This document shows, one piece after another, positions 1 to 13,400 of a stretch of 64,000 nt of DNA (positions within the stretch are counted from its first letter, which is position 1; each line of letters starts with the position of its first letter). The stretch lies in NCBI RefSeq assembly GCF_001194135.2, contig NC_068981.1:180621055-180685054 (forward strand), read 5' to 3'. The stretch comes from Octopus bimaculoides (lineage: Eukaryota). The translations under genes and the position numbers were made by a program. The notes beneath the pieces were generated by a model, which saw only the letters and a program-made list of their open reading frames with translations, was not told the origin of the DNA and did not search any database.

Positions 1-287
1 ATTCTCATCAACTCCAATGCAGAGAACCGATGATTGACTTTTGGGAAGAATGTGACCAATGCCACTATTGTTCACAAAATGTGGTTATAATATAAATTAA
101 TTAGACTTACCTCCACTACTCTGCATATCCCTATTTCAGACTGCTTTCATTTGTTTTCGTGATTAAAATTTCTGAACACACTGAAAACCACTGCCTCTCT
201 GGGTGGGGGTCTTACAGAGTATAATAAAGCTGGTTATATAATCTGGTTTCCAATTTAAATGTAACTTTGCCATCTTTTTGTTTACAG

Positions 288-446
288 GTAAAATTATCTA
301 AAAGTGATGACACATCAGAGCCAAGTACTGCCTCTGACTCTGTTATGCACTCTCCATCTGAAACTGGGAACTTTGATTCAGATGGAGCTCCAACAGAAGA
401 GACTGTTAAAAGCAGATCTCGATCTATTAATGAACAGTTGGCACAG
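288..446 (+). CDS. FKBP15: FKBP15 exon (VKLSKSDD...[11 protein letters not shown]), phase 0-0
   Basis: tttacag acceptor, cag|gtaatt donor, 159 nt; SINEQLA resembles vertebrate SLSEQLA. Confidence 0.85.
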
Positions 447-3400
447 GTAATTTCTTTTAATTATAAATTAAATTCAAAATGACTTTCCAGTACCAAATGT
501 TTTGTTATAAATGAACGATATAATAATAATAACACTGTGTAACATTTTTTTTTTTTTTTGGTCTTTGGTCAATAAGTGTTATTTCCTATTTGTTTCTGTC
601 TAGAGGTCAAAAGAAATGACTATTATTCCCTTCAAATTTTGCTTTTGTGACCTGGACATCAATGTTTTGAATCTGACCTAGTTTCCATTACATTTCAGAC
701 ACATTCAGCACTGGGTTGCTGGAGTAGAAATATCATTATAGTAAATATTCTGCTCAACACCACAGATTTGCTTGTCAGTTGCTTGACCACAGGGTTGCTT
801 GACCTTAACAAGTTGAGCATGTCCCTTAGTGGCTGATAATATATGCAACTCAGAGCAGGAGTAGTGGAGGAGCATCATAGCCATGTATTGAGAGGTATTC
901 TTTGGGGTTTGAATAAATGTAACAAAAGCAAAGTATAAAGGAGATATTAGCCATTTTTCATACTTTCTAGGGGTGAGCAAATAAAAAATAAAAGTTGCTA
1001 ATCAAGGACAAAAACCATGTTGCACAGTGTAATTTGAAATATATTAACCAAGTCTGTTTTCTGGGGTTTCTTCCAGTCTCCTAAAAGTGATAAAGCCCGA
1101 CTGATATCTCGAATGGCTCGGATGGGGCAACCTATGTTGCCTGTAGCCGGAGTTTCGGTTTCTTTAGCAAGTGGTGACAGTGAAACTGAAGATACACTGG
1201 TAAGTGACTATCCAGAGAAATTATCATTTAATCCTTTAGCATTCAGATTAGTCTGTCTATTGTAATGCTTATTTATTCACATTTTGAATTAACTGTGCGT
1301 TATCCCATAGCTTTGAGATTTCAACAATGTGGTTGTTTATTTTTAGAATGACATTGTAGGGTTGGCTTCAGAGGCTATATGTGGTCAGTTTGAACATAAA
1401 ACAGGTAGAATATTTGGGTCAGATATGACCAGCTTAAATACTAAAGATTTAAGTATGATGCTTTAAGTTAAAAGTAAGCTCTGTATTTACTCAAGAACAA
1501 TGCAATCTCAAATATAATACATCACTCACTTTACTTTTTGTACCTAAAAACCAGTATTATATTTTATCCTTTTGAGGTTTTTTGCTTACATTCAAGGAAT
1601 TACTGCCCATTTTCCCTAATTTAGCCCCCGATGTTTTGTGTTAAAAATCTTGCCTTATACACAAGTAAATACAGTAGTTAGCTTTTATGAAAAACAATAT
1701 CAATGAAAACCACCACTCCAGAAGAGTGGATTGGTCAAATTGTTAGAGCTTTCAACAAGATGTGGTATCTATTCCAACCCTTTGCATTCTGCCAATAACA
1801 CCTGTAATGACGCTGGTTCCAAGTTGTGTCAGAGTTAAAATCCTACCCTTTCCTTTGGACAACATTGGTGATTTGGAGAAGGGAGACTTGCATTCATGGG
1901 CAACTACAAAGAAATACTTGTCCAGGTTTGTATACACAAATGTAGATTGTCAACCTTGATTAATGGAGGTCCCTTTTCACATCAAAATGTCTAATAGTTA
2001 ATCCACTTTTATGTAATACTACCTGGTATTGAGAGTTCACAGCTCTGATACTACAGACATGGGATTAGAATGTCACAAGAAAGAATCACAAGACTGATTC
2101 TTCAAGCTGAACCAAGTGGCAGGAGATCTAGAGGTAGACCAAGAATAAGATGGTTGGATAATATCCATAATCTCAGTTCATCTTGGAAATCCAGACAAAA
2201 AATGATGATGGTTGCTCCCTGATAGGACCCTACAAAGGAAGTACCTGAGAACTCTCTACCCCCCACAACTCTCCCAGGTATTGTAGGCTAAGAAGATAAA
2301 AGGCAATGAAATGGAAGTATTTGTTTGACATTCTTTATATAACAAAAATGTTCTCTCATAGAATGTTTGTTGCAAGTACCATAGAATAGAGACATTCTTG
2401 TAAACCAAGTGTTTGACTCAGTTTCTAATTTTAGAAATTTCCACATACTTGAGGTTTGGTACCTATCATCATGCAATGTCTATGTTCCATGCTGGCATAG
2501 GTTGGACAGTTTGACAGGATCTGACAGGTCACAGGACTGTGTTGATCTCCAATGTCTGTTATGGCATGGTTTCTATTGTTAGATGCCCTTCTTTATGCCA
2601 ACCACTTTACAGAGTGTACTGAGTGCTTTTCTATGTCACCTGCACTAGTCTTGATTGACAAAAGCTCAGTCAAGGGAACTTGTCTTGCAAGCTCACCAAG
2701 TAGCTTGCAAGACCTCTTGATTGAATGAGATGTTTTACTGAGGGAGGTGACTTATATCAAGTGCTGAGATGCAAAAATTTGATAGAGGGATAGGATCAGG
2801 TGTCTTGCAGTGGAGGAGATACCTAGCTACCCCAGTTGGAAAAAGAGAGAAAATACTGATGATGAGGTCAAAGTACAAGAGGGAACCCATGTAAAAAAAA
2901 TATTTCATATAGGTGCAGGAGTGGCTCTGTGGTAAGTAGCTTGCTTACCAACCACATGGCTCCGGGTTCAGTCCCACTGCGTGGCACCTTGGGCAAGTGT
3001 CTTCTGCTATAGCCTCGGGCCGACCAAAGCCTTGTGAGTGGATCTGGTAGACGGAAACTGAAAGAAGCCCGTTGTATATATATATATGTGTGTGTGTATA
3101 TGTTTGTGTGTCTGTGTTTGACCCCAACATCACTTGACAACCGATGCTGGTGTGTTTACGCCCCCCTAACTTAGCGGTTCGGCAAAAGAAACTGATAGAA
3201 TAAGTACTAGGCTTACAAAGAATAAGTCCTAGGGTCGATAAAGGTGGTGCTCCAGCATGGTCGCAATCAAATAACTGAAACAAGTAAAAGAGTAAAAGAA
3301 TAGTTATATATTTTGCATGCACAAGGTCCATCGTCATCATCATCATCAGTTTATACACAATTTTCCATGCTAATACCTGTTGGATGGGTCTTCTCCAGCA

Positions 3401-6400
3401 CAGTATTCTGTCACTTTGTCATCTGCATTGTGGGGTTTATCCTTTTGAGATGGCCTTCCCTAATTCTTCCATCATCTTCTTCAGCCTTTCTCTATCACAG
3501 GCTCATTCCATTTGAATTGTTTGTCACTTCTTTATTCAACTTTTGTCCTTCATATGTACCACATGCTCATACAACCCAGTCTCCTTTCTTGCACACTACA
3601 TCTGATTTTTCTTATACTCAATTCATCTCTCATTTGTATTCTGCTTGTCATACACACAAAGATCACACATCTAGCAGAGCATGCTTGCTTCATTTCTTTC
3701 CAACCTTTATTCACCCTCTGCATTCGCTGCTCATGTTTTGCTACCCTACAGCATAGCACCTCATCTGCTAGCCGTATACACTCTACCTTTCACTTGAAGA
3801 CAAATCTTGTTACTAGTAGAGGTAATAGCTCCCTGAACATTTTCCCACACCTTTCTTACTCTGGCTGATATGCTTTCAGAATAACCTCTTCCTCTGATAA
3901 TTAAGTTACCTAATAAAGAAGCTGTCAACTTCTGAGCATTTGAAAGAATTTACTCCCCAGGAGCTCTTACTGCCAACCATTATATACCAAGTCTTTATTC
4001 ACTTTCAGCCTGCCCGGTGCACTTCTTGTGCTGCCATACTTTACATTTGGTACTCAGAGATTTTCTACCTATTTCTGTTCTGCATATTGTATATGGCCAC
4101 CACACTGATGACAGCAGAGTCCTTTCCTCTTCCCTGCTAATGAAAACTTATGTCTTTTCTAAGCCTACTTTGAGGCTGCTGAAGTCTATGCTCTGTTTTC
4201 ATATTTGAAATTTCTTCTCTAATTCTCTGACATGTTCAGCTATTAAAATTTAGGTCATCAGTATACAGAAGACTGCAGGAACAGCTGGTCTAAAACCCTT
4301 ATGTTGTGGCTTAGAAAACTATAAATAGACAGGGGATGTAAACTGAGCCCTGATAGATACTTACTTGTATGCTAAATTCCTCATTCAATGCATTGCTAAC
4401 TTCCTCATGCTAATGTTTTACTTTTCTGATGGCACACATCCCTGTACATTGCTTTCCTGCCTTTCACAAGCCATTCATTTACTTATGATTTTCTTCAAAG
4501 ACTACAGAGTTCAATACCCAGTCAAAGGTATAGTGGCTTACTCTTAGCAAAAACTTTGTCTCTCTAAGAAGAAACGATAAGTGGTACCCCATCCATCTAC
4601 AAATCTGAACTGCATCTCATCTAAGCTAATTCCCTTTTTAATCAGTTGTGCTGCAACTCTTTATTCTTTTTTTTATAATCTGATCCTATACTTCAAAACC
4701 GTATAGTTGCTTTTTTGTAGAGTAGTTCCTTTTGACCTTTTTGAAGCTATTGATGATACTGTTACACCAGTCATTCACTATGCCACTTCCCTGTTTAACT
4801 GAGTGACAAATGTATCTTACTTCACCAGATATTTTTATCACTATCCTAGATAGTCCAGCTGCTCTTCTTGCATTTATATTTTTAATCATGTTTTCAACCT
4901 ATCAACTTTAATAACTACTTCCTTCTGTTGGATCTACTTGGAGTAGACTTTATTCCTCTCTCACATTCCTCTCATTCAGCAACCTCTTATTACATTTTCA
5001 TACCTGTTTATCAGCTTCAGTTAAGGCATGTGCACCACTATCATTGTATGCCTACTTCCCACTAAAAATCTCTTAATTCATAGTAACACATTGCTTTGCA
5101 ATCAAGAATGACCCATGTTTGTTTTCCTTTCATCACAGAATATTGGGAAACTTCTTACTGTCATTTTCTCTCCTTGCTAAATATATTTGATGTCTACTTC
5201 TCTATTAATTACCTAGTATAGTTCCCTCTTTTCTCCCACTTTTCTTCTAGTTTTCCAGGCCTGTCTTTTAGATTTTATGGCTCTATCAACTGACCATTCC
5301 ACCATCATGTCAGCTTTCATTTTGGCTTGAACTTTGTTCCATCCACAGACCTAGCCTGAGATCACAATAGGTTTTCTCAGAGAAACTTCCAGTTGTCCTC
5401 TATTAGATTAATCTCTGTATCTACCTCTTCATTGTATGTCAACTAGTATTTTTTTAAACTTGCACCTAATAGAAGGATTTTGGGGAAACTTCCACACCTT
5501 TCTTCTCTAGATTCTCTGACCTCTTTGAAATGCATGTAGTTCTTATCCTGGGGTCATTTATTAAGTATTTACAACCAGTTGCCTATCCATTTCCTGATAT
5601 GCATGAAGTCTTTGGCTTTGCTTATTTGGTAGATGATAAGGTAGCTTGCCTGTTTCCAGGAGTTAGTGCTATAAATGGTTAGGTCATTTGCATCACTGAT
5701 AGCCAAGAGACTTGATCCCTCCTCATTCCTAATGTCACAAAGCTCAATTTGATTAGAAATATTTAAATATTTGATCAGAGGAAAATAAAGACTAAGCTTG
5801 ATAGCTCTCACAATGGAAATTAGTTAACAATGATATAATACCAAAAATATGACATCAGAATTGGATAAGCTGGAATGATAATATTTTTTTATTTACTTAT
5901 CACTAATGTCTATTTTTAGAGATGGTTTGCTGCAATGAAAGACAACTCTCACATTTGTCTCAATGTGTCCACCGAAAAAATTCCCAAATAAAATTTGATG
6001 GATAATGTAGATTTCTGAAATGTTAGAGGTTACTGTGTTGAGGCCTTTTGCAAACTACTCCAATAATGAATTCTAGCAGCTTTGTTATCACAAATGATGA
6101 CTTTATCCCTCCTCATTCCTAACAGCTTCCGTTATACTGGAGTACCCATCATGATGTTACTCAACATGGTTGTTAAAGTCATCATTTGTGATAACAAGGC
6201 TGCTAGAATTCATTATTGGAGTAGTTTGCAAAAGGCCTCAACACAGTAACCTCCAACTTTCCAGAAATCTACGTAATTCATCATTTTGTTTGGGAATGTT
6301 TGTTTTCAGTGGACTGTGCGGGTGGCACATAAAAGACATAATTTTGAGCATGGCCGTTGCCAGTACCGCCTGACTGGCCTTCGTGCGGTTGACACGTAAA

Positions 6401-7229
6401 AGCACCCACTACACTCTCTGAGTGGTTGGCGTTAGGGAGGGCATCCAGCTGTAGAAACTCTGCCAAATCAGATTGGAGCCTGGTGTTGCCATCCGGTTTC
6501 ACCAGGCCTCAGTCAAATCGTCCAACCCATGCTAGCATGGAAAGCGGACGTTAAACGATGATGATGACATTGAGACAAATGTGAGAGTTGTCTCTCATTG
6601 CAGCAAACCATCTCTAAAAATATACATTAGTGATAAATAAATAAATAAAAAATATTATCATTCCAGCTTATCCAATTCTGATGTCATATTTTTGGTATTA
6701 TATCATTGTTAACTAATTTCCATTGTGAGAGCTATCAAGCTGAGTCTTTATTTTCCTCTGATCAAATATTTATTTAAATATTTCCAATCAAATTGAGCTT
6801 TGAGGCTATATATTGATAAACAGAATGATATATATACATAGATATAGACATGTAAATATAATGTAGGTAGTTAGGGAAAATCCCAGCTGTATATATATAT
6901 ATATATATGTGCCAGACTGACAATCAACCAAAGAACCTACTGCTCATATCTTGTAACCAGCTCTGCCGTTCGTTATATCAAACCAAATCACTTAATTACT
7001 CTCAGTGCCTCAATCTGGATACTTGTAAAAAGAAGTAAGAAACCACAGCATTGTAGAATTGATAAATTCCACTCAGCTGATACCGAATTATGTCCTGCAA
7101 ATATTTTCAAGAGGTTTGTGTTCTGTCAGGTTATGTTCATCATCATCGTAATCGTTTAACATCTGCCTTCCATGCTGGCATGGGTTGGACATGTTATTCT
7201 ATGTATATTGCATTTAGTCCATGAGACTC

Positions 7230-7266
<37 letters not shown>

Positions 7267-10200
7267 TCTCCTCTTTCTCTCTCTCTCACACACACATATC
7301 TATATATATATTTATATATATCTGTTATGTTTTTTCCTGGTTTATGGACATCAGCCATGCTAGTCACTGCCTTCAAGTATTTAGCTGATCATATCAAGCC
7401 CAATGCTTATTTTATTAAACATCCATTTATGAACTTGCTAAGTTATGAGGTCTAATGTAGTGCTTATTTATTCATGTTGTTTAGAAATTAATCATACATT
7501 ATCTCATGGCTTTGAAATTTTGATGATGTGGTTGTATATTTTTAGAATGACATTGTAGGGTAGGTGTGAGAGGTTTGAACATAAAACAGGTAGGATATTT
7601 GGTCCAGTTTAAATGCTAAAGGGTTAAACATTTTCTTTGAGAACACAGGCACAAGTATATGTTATTGTCATTCTCATCATTTTACATAAAATGCTTCTGA
7701 ACAGTTTCCATATCCTAAATTCCATTCATACAATATTGTTCAACCCAAAGTTGTAGTTGAAAACACTTGCTCAAGGTGACATGTGGTGAGATTGAACCTT
7801 GGAACATTTGGTTGTGAATTGAACTTCTTAACTACACTTATAGCCTATGCCTTTATGCATTTGTATTAAAGCTGCAAGTGTGGCTGTGTGCTTAAGAAGT
7901 TTGCTTCCAATCCACATGATTTTGGGTTCAGTCCCGCTGCGTAGCATCTCAGGCAAGTGTCTTAAACCATAGCCCCAGGTTACCCAAAGCCTTGTAAGTG
8001 GATTTCATAGAAAGAAAATAAGTCTGCTGCACATATGTACATATATATATATACATGCATGATGTATGTATGGCTGTATGTATGTATGTCTGCTTGTGTA
8101 TATACATGCATGTATGTATAAGTGTATGTTTGTGTCTCCTTATGACATCATGTGATTGTTGCAAAAGTCATTCATTTCCAATATTCTGTGAAAGTGTGTC
8201 AGGCCATTACCTTGCTTGAAAATAGGTAAAGGTTGGCAACTAGAAGGGTATCCAACTGCAGAAAATCTGCCTCAATAAACTCCATCCAACCCATGCAAGT
8301 ATGGAAAAGTGGACATTAAAACAATGATGATTATGGTGGCTTATAAATATTTTTTAAAGTAACAAAGGGAATTTTCCTTAAATACCAAAAACTTTTTAAT
8401 TTAATTTCTCACTTCTTTTTCTCATTTCATTTATTTTATTTTATGTTATTTAAATTTCACTCAAATTTAAAGACAACCCATCCTATACTATCTTAGATTA
8501 TAAGCTTTTAATGTTATATTGATTACACTTGAAACTTTGTGGCCACAAGACATTTTTCTAATTCAAACTACTACATTAATATTTTGCTGTAAACTCTATG
8601 GATTACATAGTAAATATACAGCTTTTATTTGGCTCCATTGCTTATCAAAGTTCTAATAAACAATCTAGTGTTAGAAATACATTTTTTAAACAATTTTTAA
8701 TGATATAGTTGTATGAATATTTACTATTTTAGTTCTAAAATTAAATGTCAGGAAAAGTGCATGCAGTGTTCAAATACTTGTTTACTTTATCTCTGTATCT
8801 TTTCACATCCTCTTTTCTCTCTCTCTCTCTCTCTCTCGTATGTATCTTTACACATGCCTCTCTAAATCGCTTGACACTACTCCCTCTCTGTACCTTCACT
8901 CTTTATCTCTTCATACACGCCTCTCTCTAGCTCTTTACAAGTCCTTTCCCTGTACTCCCCCTTTCTCTTTTTTGGCCCACTCTCCCATTCATTACTCTTC
9001 CTCTCCCTTCACAACTTTCCTTTCTTTTATCTTTCTTCATCAGTCTGAGCTGTACATTTCCAAAATCTTTTGCAGTCTGCACCTTCAGAGGCTAATCTTA
9101 TGAGAAAACCTGATCTTCCCCAAAAACCAAGCCCTGTCTCTTCCAGTCTTCCACAGAGTCAGCCCAAGATAACTAATGATATTCCCCTTGCTTCATCCGT
9201 CTACTCACAAGGTAAATGCAAGCTTCAATTCAGTCTGATAACAACCACCAGTTACTAACCTTCAAAAATCAACATTATTGAACTGATGAGCTGGGTTGAG
9301 CTAGTATTATCCATGATCACTTCAAACGGTTGCATGTCATTGAATGGTACTCCTTTGGGATGTTGCTTCAGAGAGGGAAGCGCTTAGATGAGTAATGAAA
9401 GTGAGAATCATGAAGTTAGGTTATTCAAGAGAGAAGTGGTGGTGACAGCGATGGCAGTAGTTATAGTGGTGGCAGTGGTTGGAGGGTTTGAGTGTGTGGG
9501 AGTGCTTGTGTGAAGTGCTTTGAAATAGAAGAGAAATCTCTCTACACATAGCTAGCTTGAACTGGACCTATCCCATATTAAATGTTTCCTCTGGCTTCAA
9601 TATTAGTGTTTAGTATAAAAAGTATTTACTGGGTTAAATGTCTTTATTAATAACACTTTGTGTCATGTTTGCATGAGTTCATAGTAGCATATATTTAAAT
9701 CAAGGTTTGAAAAATCATCTGGAAACTGTCTGACAAGAATTAAATTCATTATCTTTAAATCTTAACCAACACACACCAGTAAGCTGCTAACAGGTTTTAC
9801 TCTCTAAAATATCTTTTATAAGGTAAAACTTGTGTGATGCACTTGTTTCATATATCACTCAAATTTATGTAAAACCAGGAGGAAACAAATGTAGCAGATA
9901 AACCATTCCATGTTACTATAAGAACTGTTGTGGAGACATCTATTTAAGCATCCATCTTTTTATGACCTTTTCAGCTGCATCTCACCAAATGGCTGTTTAC
10001 CAAAATCCACTCACTCATCAACAGCCACCACCACAGTTACCTATGGCAACAGGAATGTACCAACAGGTTGTTTAACAATTTTTATAAACTTTGCTTTTGA
10101 AGAAATGAGTATTTTCCATATTCAATGTAATCAATCTCTTATCAAATTGAAGCTTTTTTTTTTTATCTTTTACTTGTTTCAGTCATTAGACTGCGGTCAT

Positions 10201-10370
10201 ACTGGTGCACTGCCTTGAAGAATTTTTAGTCAAATGAATCAACCCCAGTACTTTTTTTTTTTAAGCTTGGTACTTATTCTATCAGTCTCTTTTGCCAAAC
10301 TGCCAAGTTACAGGGATGCAAGCAAACCAACACCAGTTGTCAAGCAGTGGTGTGGGAGACAAACAGTAAG

Positions 10371-10418
<48 letters not shown>

Positions 10419-13400
10419 TAAGGGCATTACTATACATAAATGCCTCATGCTAGAAAGAACTCTTAAAGTCAAAACTACCATAATAAATACATTGTACAAT
10501 GTAATATAATATAATATAATATATATATGACAGGCTTTTCCCAGTTTCCATCTACCAAATCCACTCACAAGGCTTTGGTCAGCCTAAGGCTATAAGTAGA
10601 AGGTGCTTGTCCAAAGTACCATGCAGTGGAACTGAATCCAAAACCATGTGGTTAGGAAGCAAGCCTTTTATTACACGGCCATGCTTGTGCCTTTTGTTTA
10701 TATTCTTTTAATGGTTTAGTCAAGGAAGGAAATGTTCCCACCCGCAAGATACTATGATTCCTAGGTTGCTGTAGTAAAAAGTAGTATATCAAGATATTGA
10801 CCCAAGACTATAAAGAAAACACACAGTGTATACTGCAGTATTGATCCTGGAGCCATACTTATGTCTTTGGCACTATTAATAAAGAGCTTGAATTGTTAGA
10901 AGTTAACTTATTTAAAGGGAAGAGGGTTTCACAGTGCACTACACTACAGAATGAAAGACTACATATAATGTTTGGTATTATACCACCACACCAAAATGCA
11001 GATGTAAAATTATTCTAATTATTATTAGACATGCGAAACTCAGCTTGCGAAGACTTATTGGGGCAAGCAAAAGCGAAATTGTGATGGCACCTGTGCCCAG
11101 CGTCGCATTTCTGGCACTTGTGTCTGCGGCATGTGTAAGGACTTTCGAGAGAGATCGTTGCCAGTGCCCCTGGACTGGCTCTTGTGCGGGTGGCACATAA
11201 AATACACCATTTTGAGCGTGGCCGTTGCCAGTACCGCCTGACTGGCCTTCGTGTGGGTGGCACGTAAAAGCACCCACTACACTCTCTGAGTGGTTGGCGT
11301 TAGGAAGGGCATCCAGCTGTAGAAACTCTGCCAAATCAGATTGGAGCCTGGTGTAGCCATCTGGTTTCACCAGTCCTCATTCAAATCGTCCAACCCATGC
11401 TAGCATGGAAGGCGGACGTTAAACGACGACGATGATGATGATGATGTGACAGATTGGCAGAAACATTGAAGCATCAAACAAAATGTTCTGCAGCGCTTGC
11501 TCTGATTCTTTACTTCCTGTATTTAAATCTCATCATGGTCAACTTTACCTTTCACCCTTCTGGGGTTGATTGGTAGAGTACCAGTCAAGTACTGAGATCT
11601 GTGGTGTCAACTCACCTGCTTACCTCAAAATTACTGGTCATCTGCCTAAATCAGAAATATTTATTATTATTATTGTTATTATTATAACATTATATTAAGG
11701 CAGTGAGCTGGCAGAATTGTTAGCACACCAGGCAAAATGTTTATCGGTATTTTGCCTGTCTTTACATTCTGAGTTCAAATTCTGCCAAGGTTGACTTTGC
11801 CTTTCTTCCTTTCAAGGTCAATAAAATAAGTACCAGTTGAGTACTGGGGTCGGACTATATAATCAACCATACCCCTGCCCCAAATTTCAGGCCTTGTACC
11901 TATAGTAGAAAGGATTATTATAACATTATAGTGACAGAGACAGCTGGGCATTGCCTTTCAGCATGTAAGTCTATTTCTCTAGTTTCTATAAGTTTGATAA
12001 ATTAAGTACCAAGCATAAGCATATACGGGGTTTATTTCAACTAACTTGTACCCACTCCACTACAGACTTGTGGCCAAGTTTGTAAGAGACTACTCTACTC
12101 TCTTTGGTATTGTAGTGATTCTGAACAACATCTCACTCACTTTTCTTCCTGGGATTTTTTTTTTTTTTTTTTTGTAAAATTAATGAAAGTTTTATTTAGG
12201 TCCAAAGAACTGCGCACCAAATTATATTCAGTGCACATAAAAATGGCCTTCGTGCCGGTGGCATGTAAAAGCACCCACTACACTCTCAGAGTGGTTGGCG
12301 TTAGGAAGGGCATCCAGCTGTAGAAACTCTGCTAAATCAGATTGGAGCCTGGTGTAGCCACCTGGTCCACCAGTCCTCAGTCAAATCGTCCAATCCATGC
12401 TAGCATGGAAAGCGGACGTTAAACGATGATGATGATGATGATGAAAGATGAGAAACATAAATTCAATTAAAAAGTAAACTCGGGCTGGGCACAATTTTAT
12501 TTAAATATCATGTGACAAAAGTTAAATAAAATTGTGCAGATCGCTCCACTTAGTTGGTTCACTTTATCAGAATTCACAATGATAATTAAATTTCCAGTGA
12601 CATAAAGTAACAATCTCAGATGATGAATTAATGGAATTGTCAGAGCTGTAAACTAGGTGCTTAGAGCTGTTTGTTACTGCTTTTTGCATTCTAAATTCTT
12701 GTGTTGTTGATTTAATCTGACACCATGGTTAACATCACCACCATGTGGTATTGTCATGGTGTCTTCAGGAGAGTTCATTTTGTAACAAGCATGCATATCA
12801 AATCTCAGTTTTAGGACAGTTTCCTACCAGTACTGGAAGCCCTGGTAAAATAACAGGCTACAGGTACTTCCCTTCTCTCCTTGACAAAACAGTGAACAAA
12901 GACACTGTCTGTATTATGGAAGCAGACGTTAACTCTCCATTGAAAATATATTTATATTTTTTATTTTAATTACTGTGTTATAAAAAGTTATGGCTCGGTG
13001 GTTAGAGCATCGAGCTCACAATCATGAGCTAATGAGTTCGATTCCCAGACTGGGCTGTGTGTTATGTTCTTGGGCAAGACATTCTATTTCATGTTGCTCC
13101 AGTTCGCTCAGCTGTAGAAATGAGTTGCGACACCACTGTTGCCAAACTGCATTGGCCTTTGCCTTTCCTTTGGATAACGTCGGTGGCACAGAGAGGGGAG
13201 GCTGGTATGCATGGGCAACTGCTGGTTTTCCACAAACAAGTTTGCTAGGATTTGTGCCTTGGAGGGGAACTTTCTAGATGAAATCTCATGGTCATTCATG
13301 ACCAAAAGGGGTCCTTACCCTTTAGTCTTTGGGGGTTTTTTATGAATAGTTTATTATAAAGCTTATCTACTCTTTGATAACATAACCGTATTGCCTTTCA

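Noticed and set aside
281-293. Recursive-splicing-like AG|GT sites at exon starts (288, 13847, 19703, 32808)
   Set aside because: At 288, 13847 and 32808 the exon opens with a Val codon (GTN); at 19703 the GT is the end of a split Lys codon plus Phe. The exons are needed for the protein.
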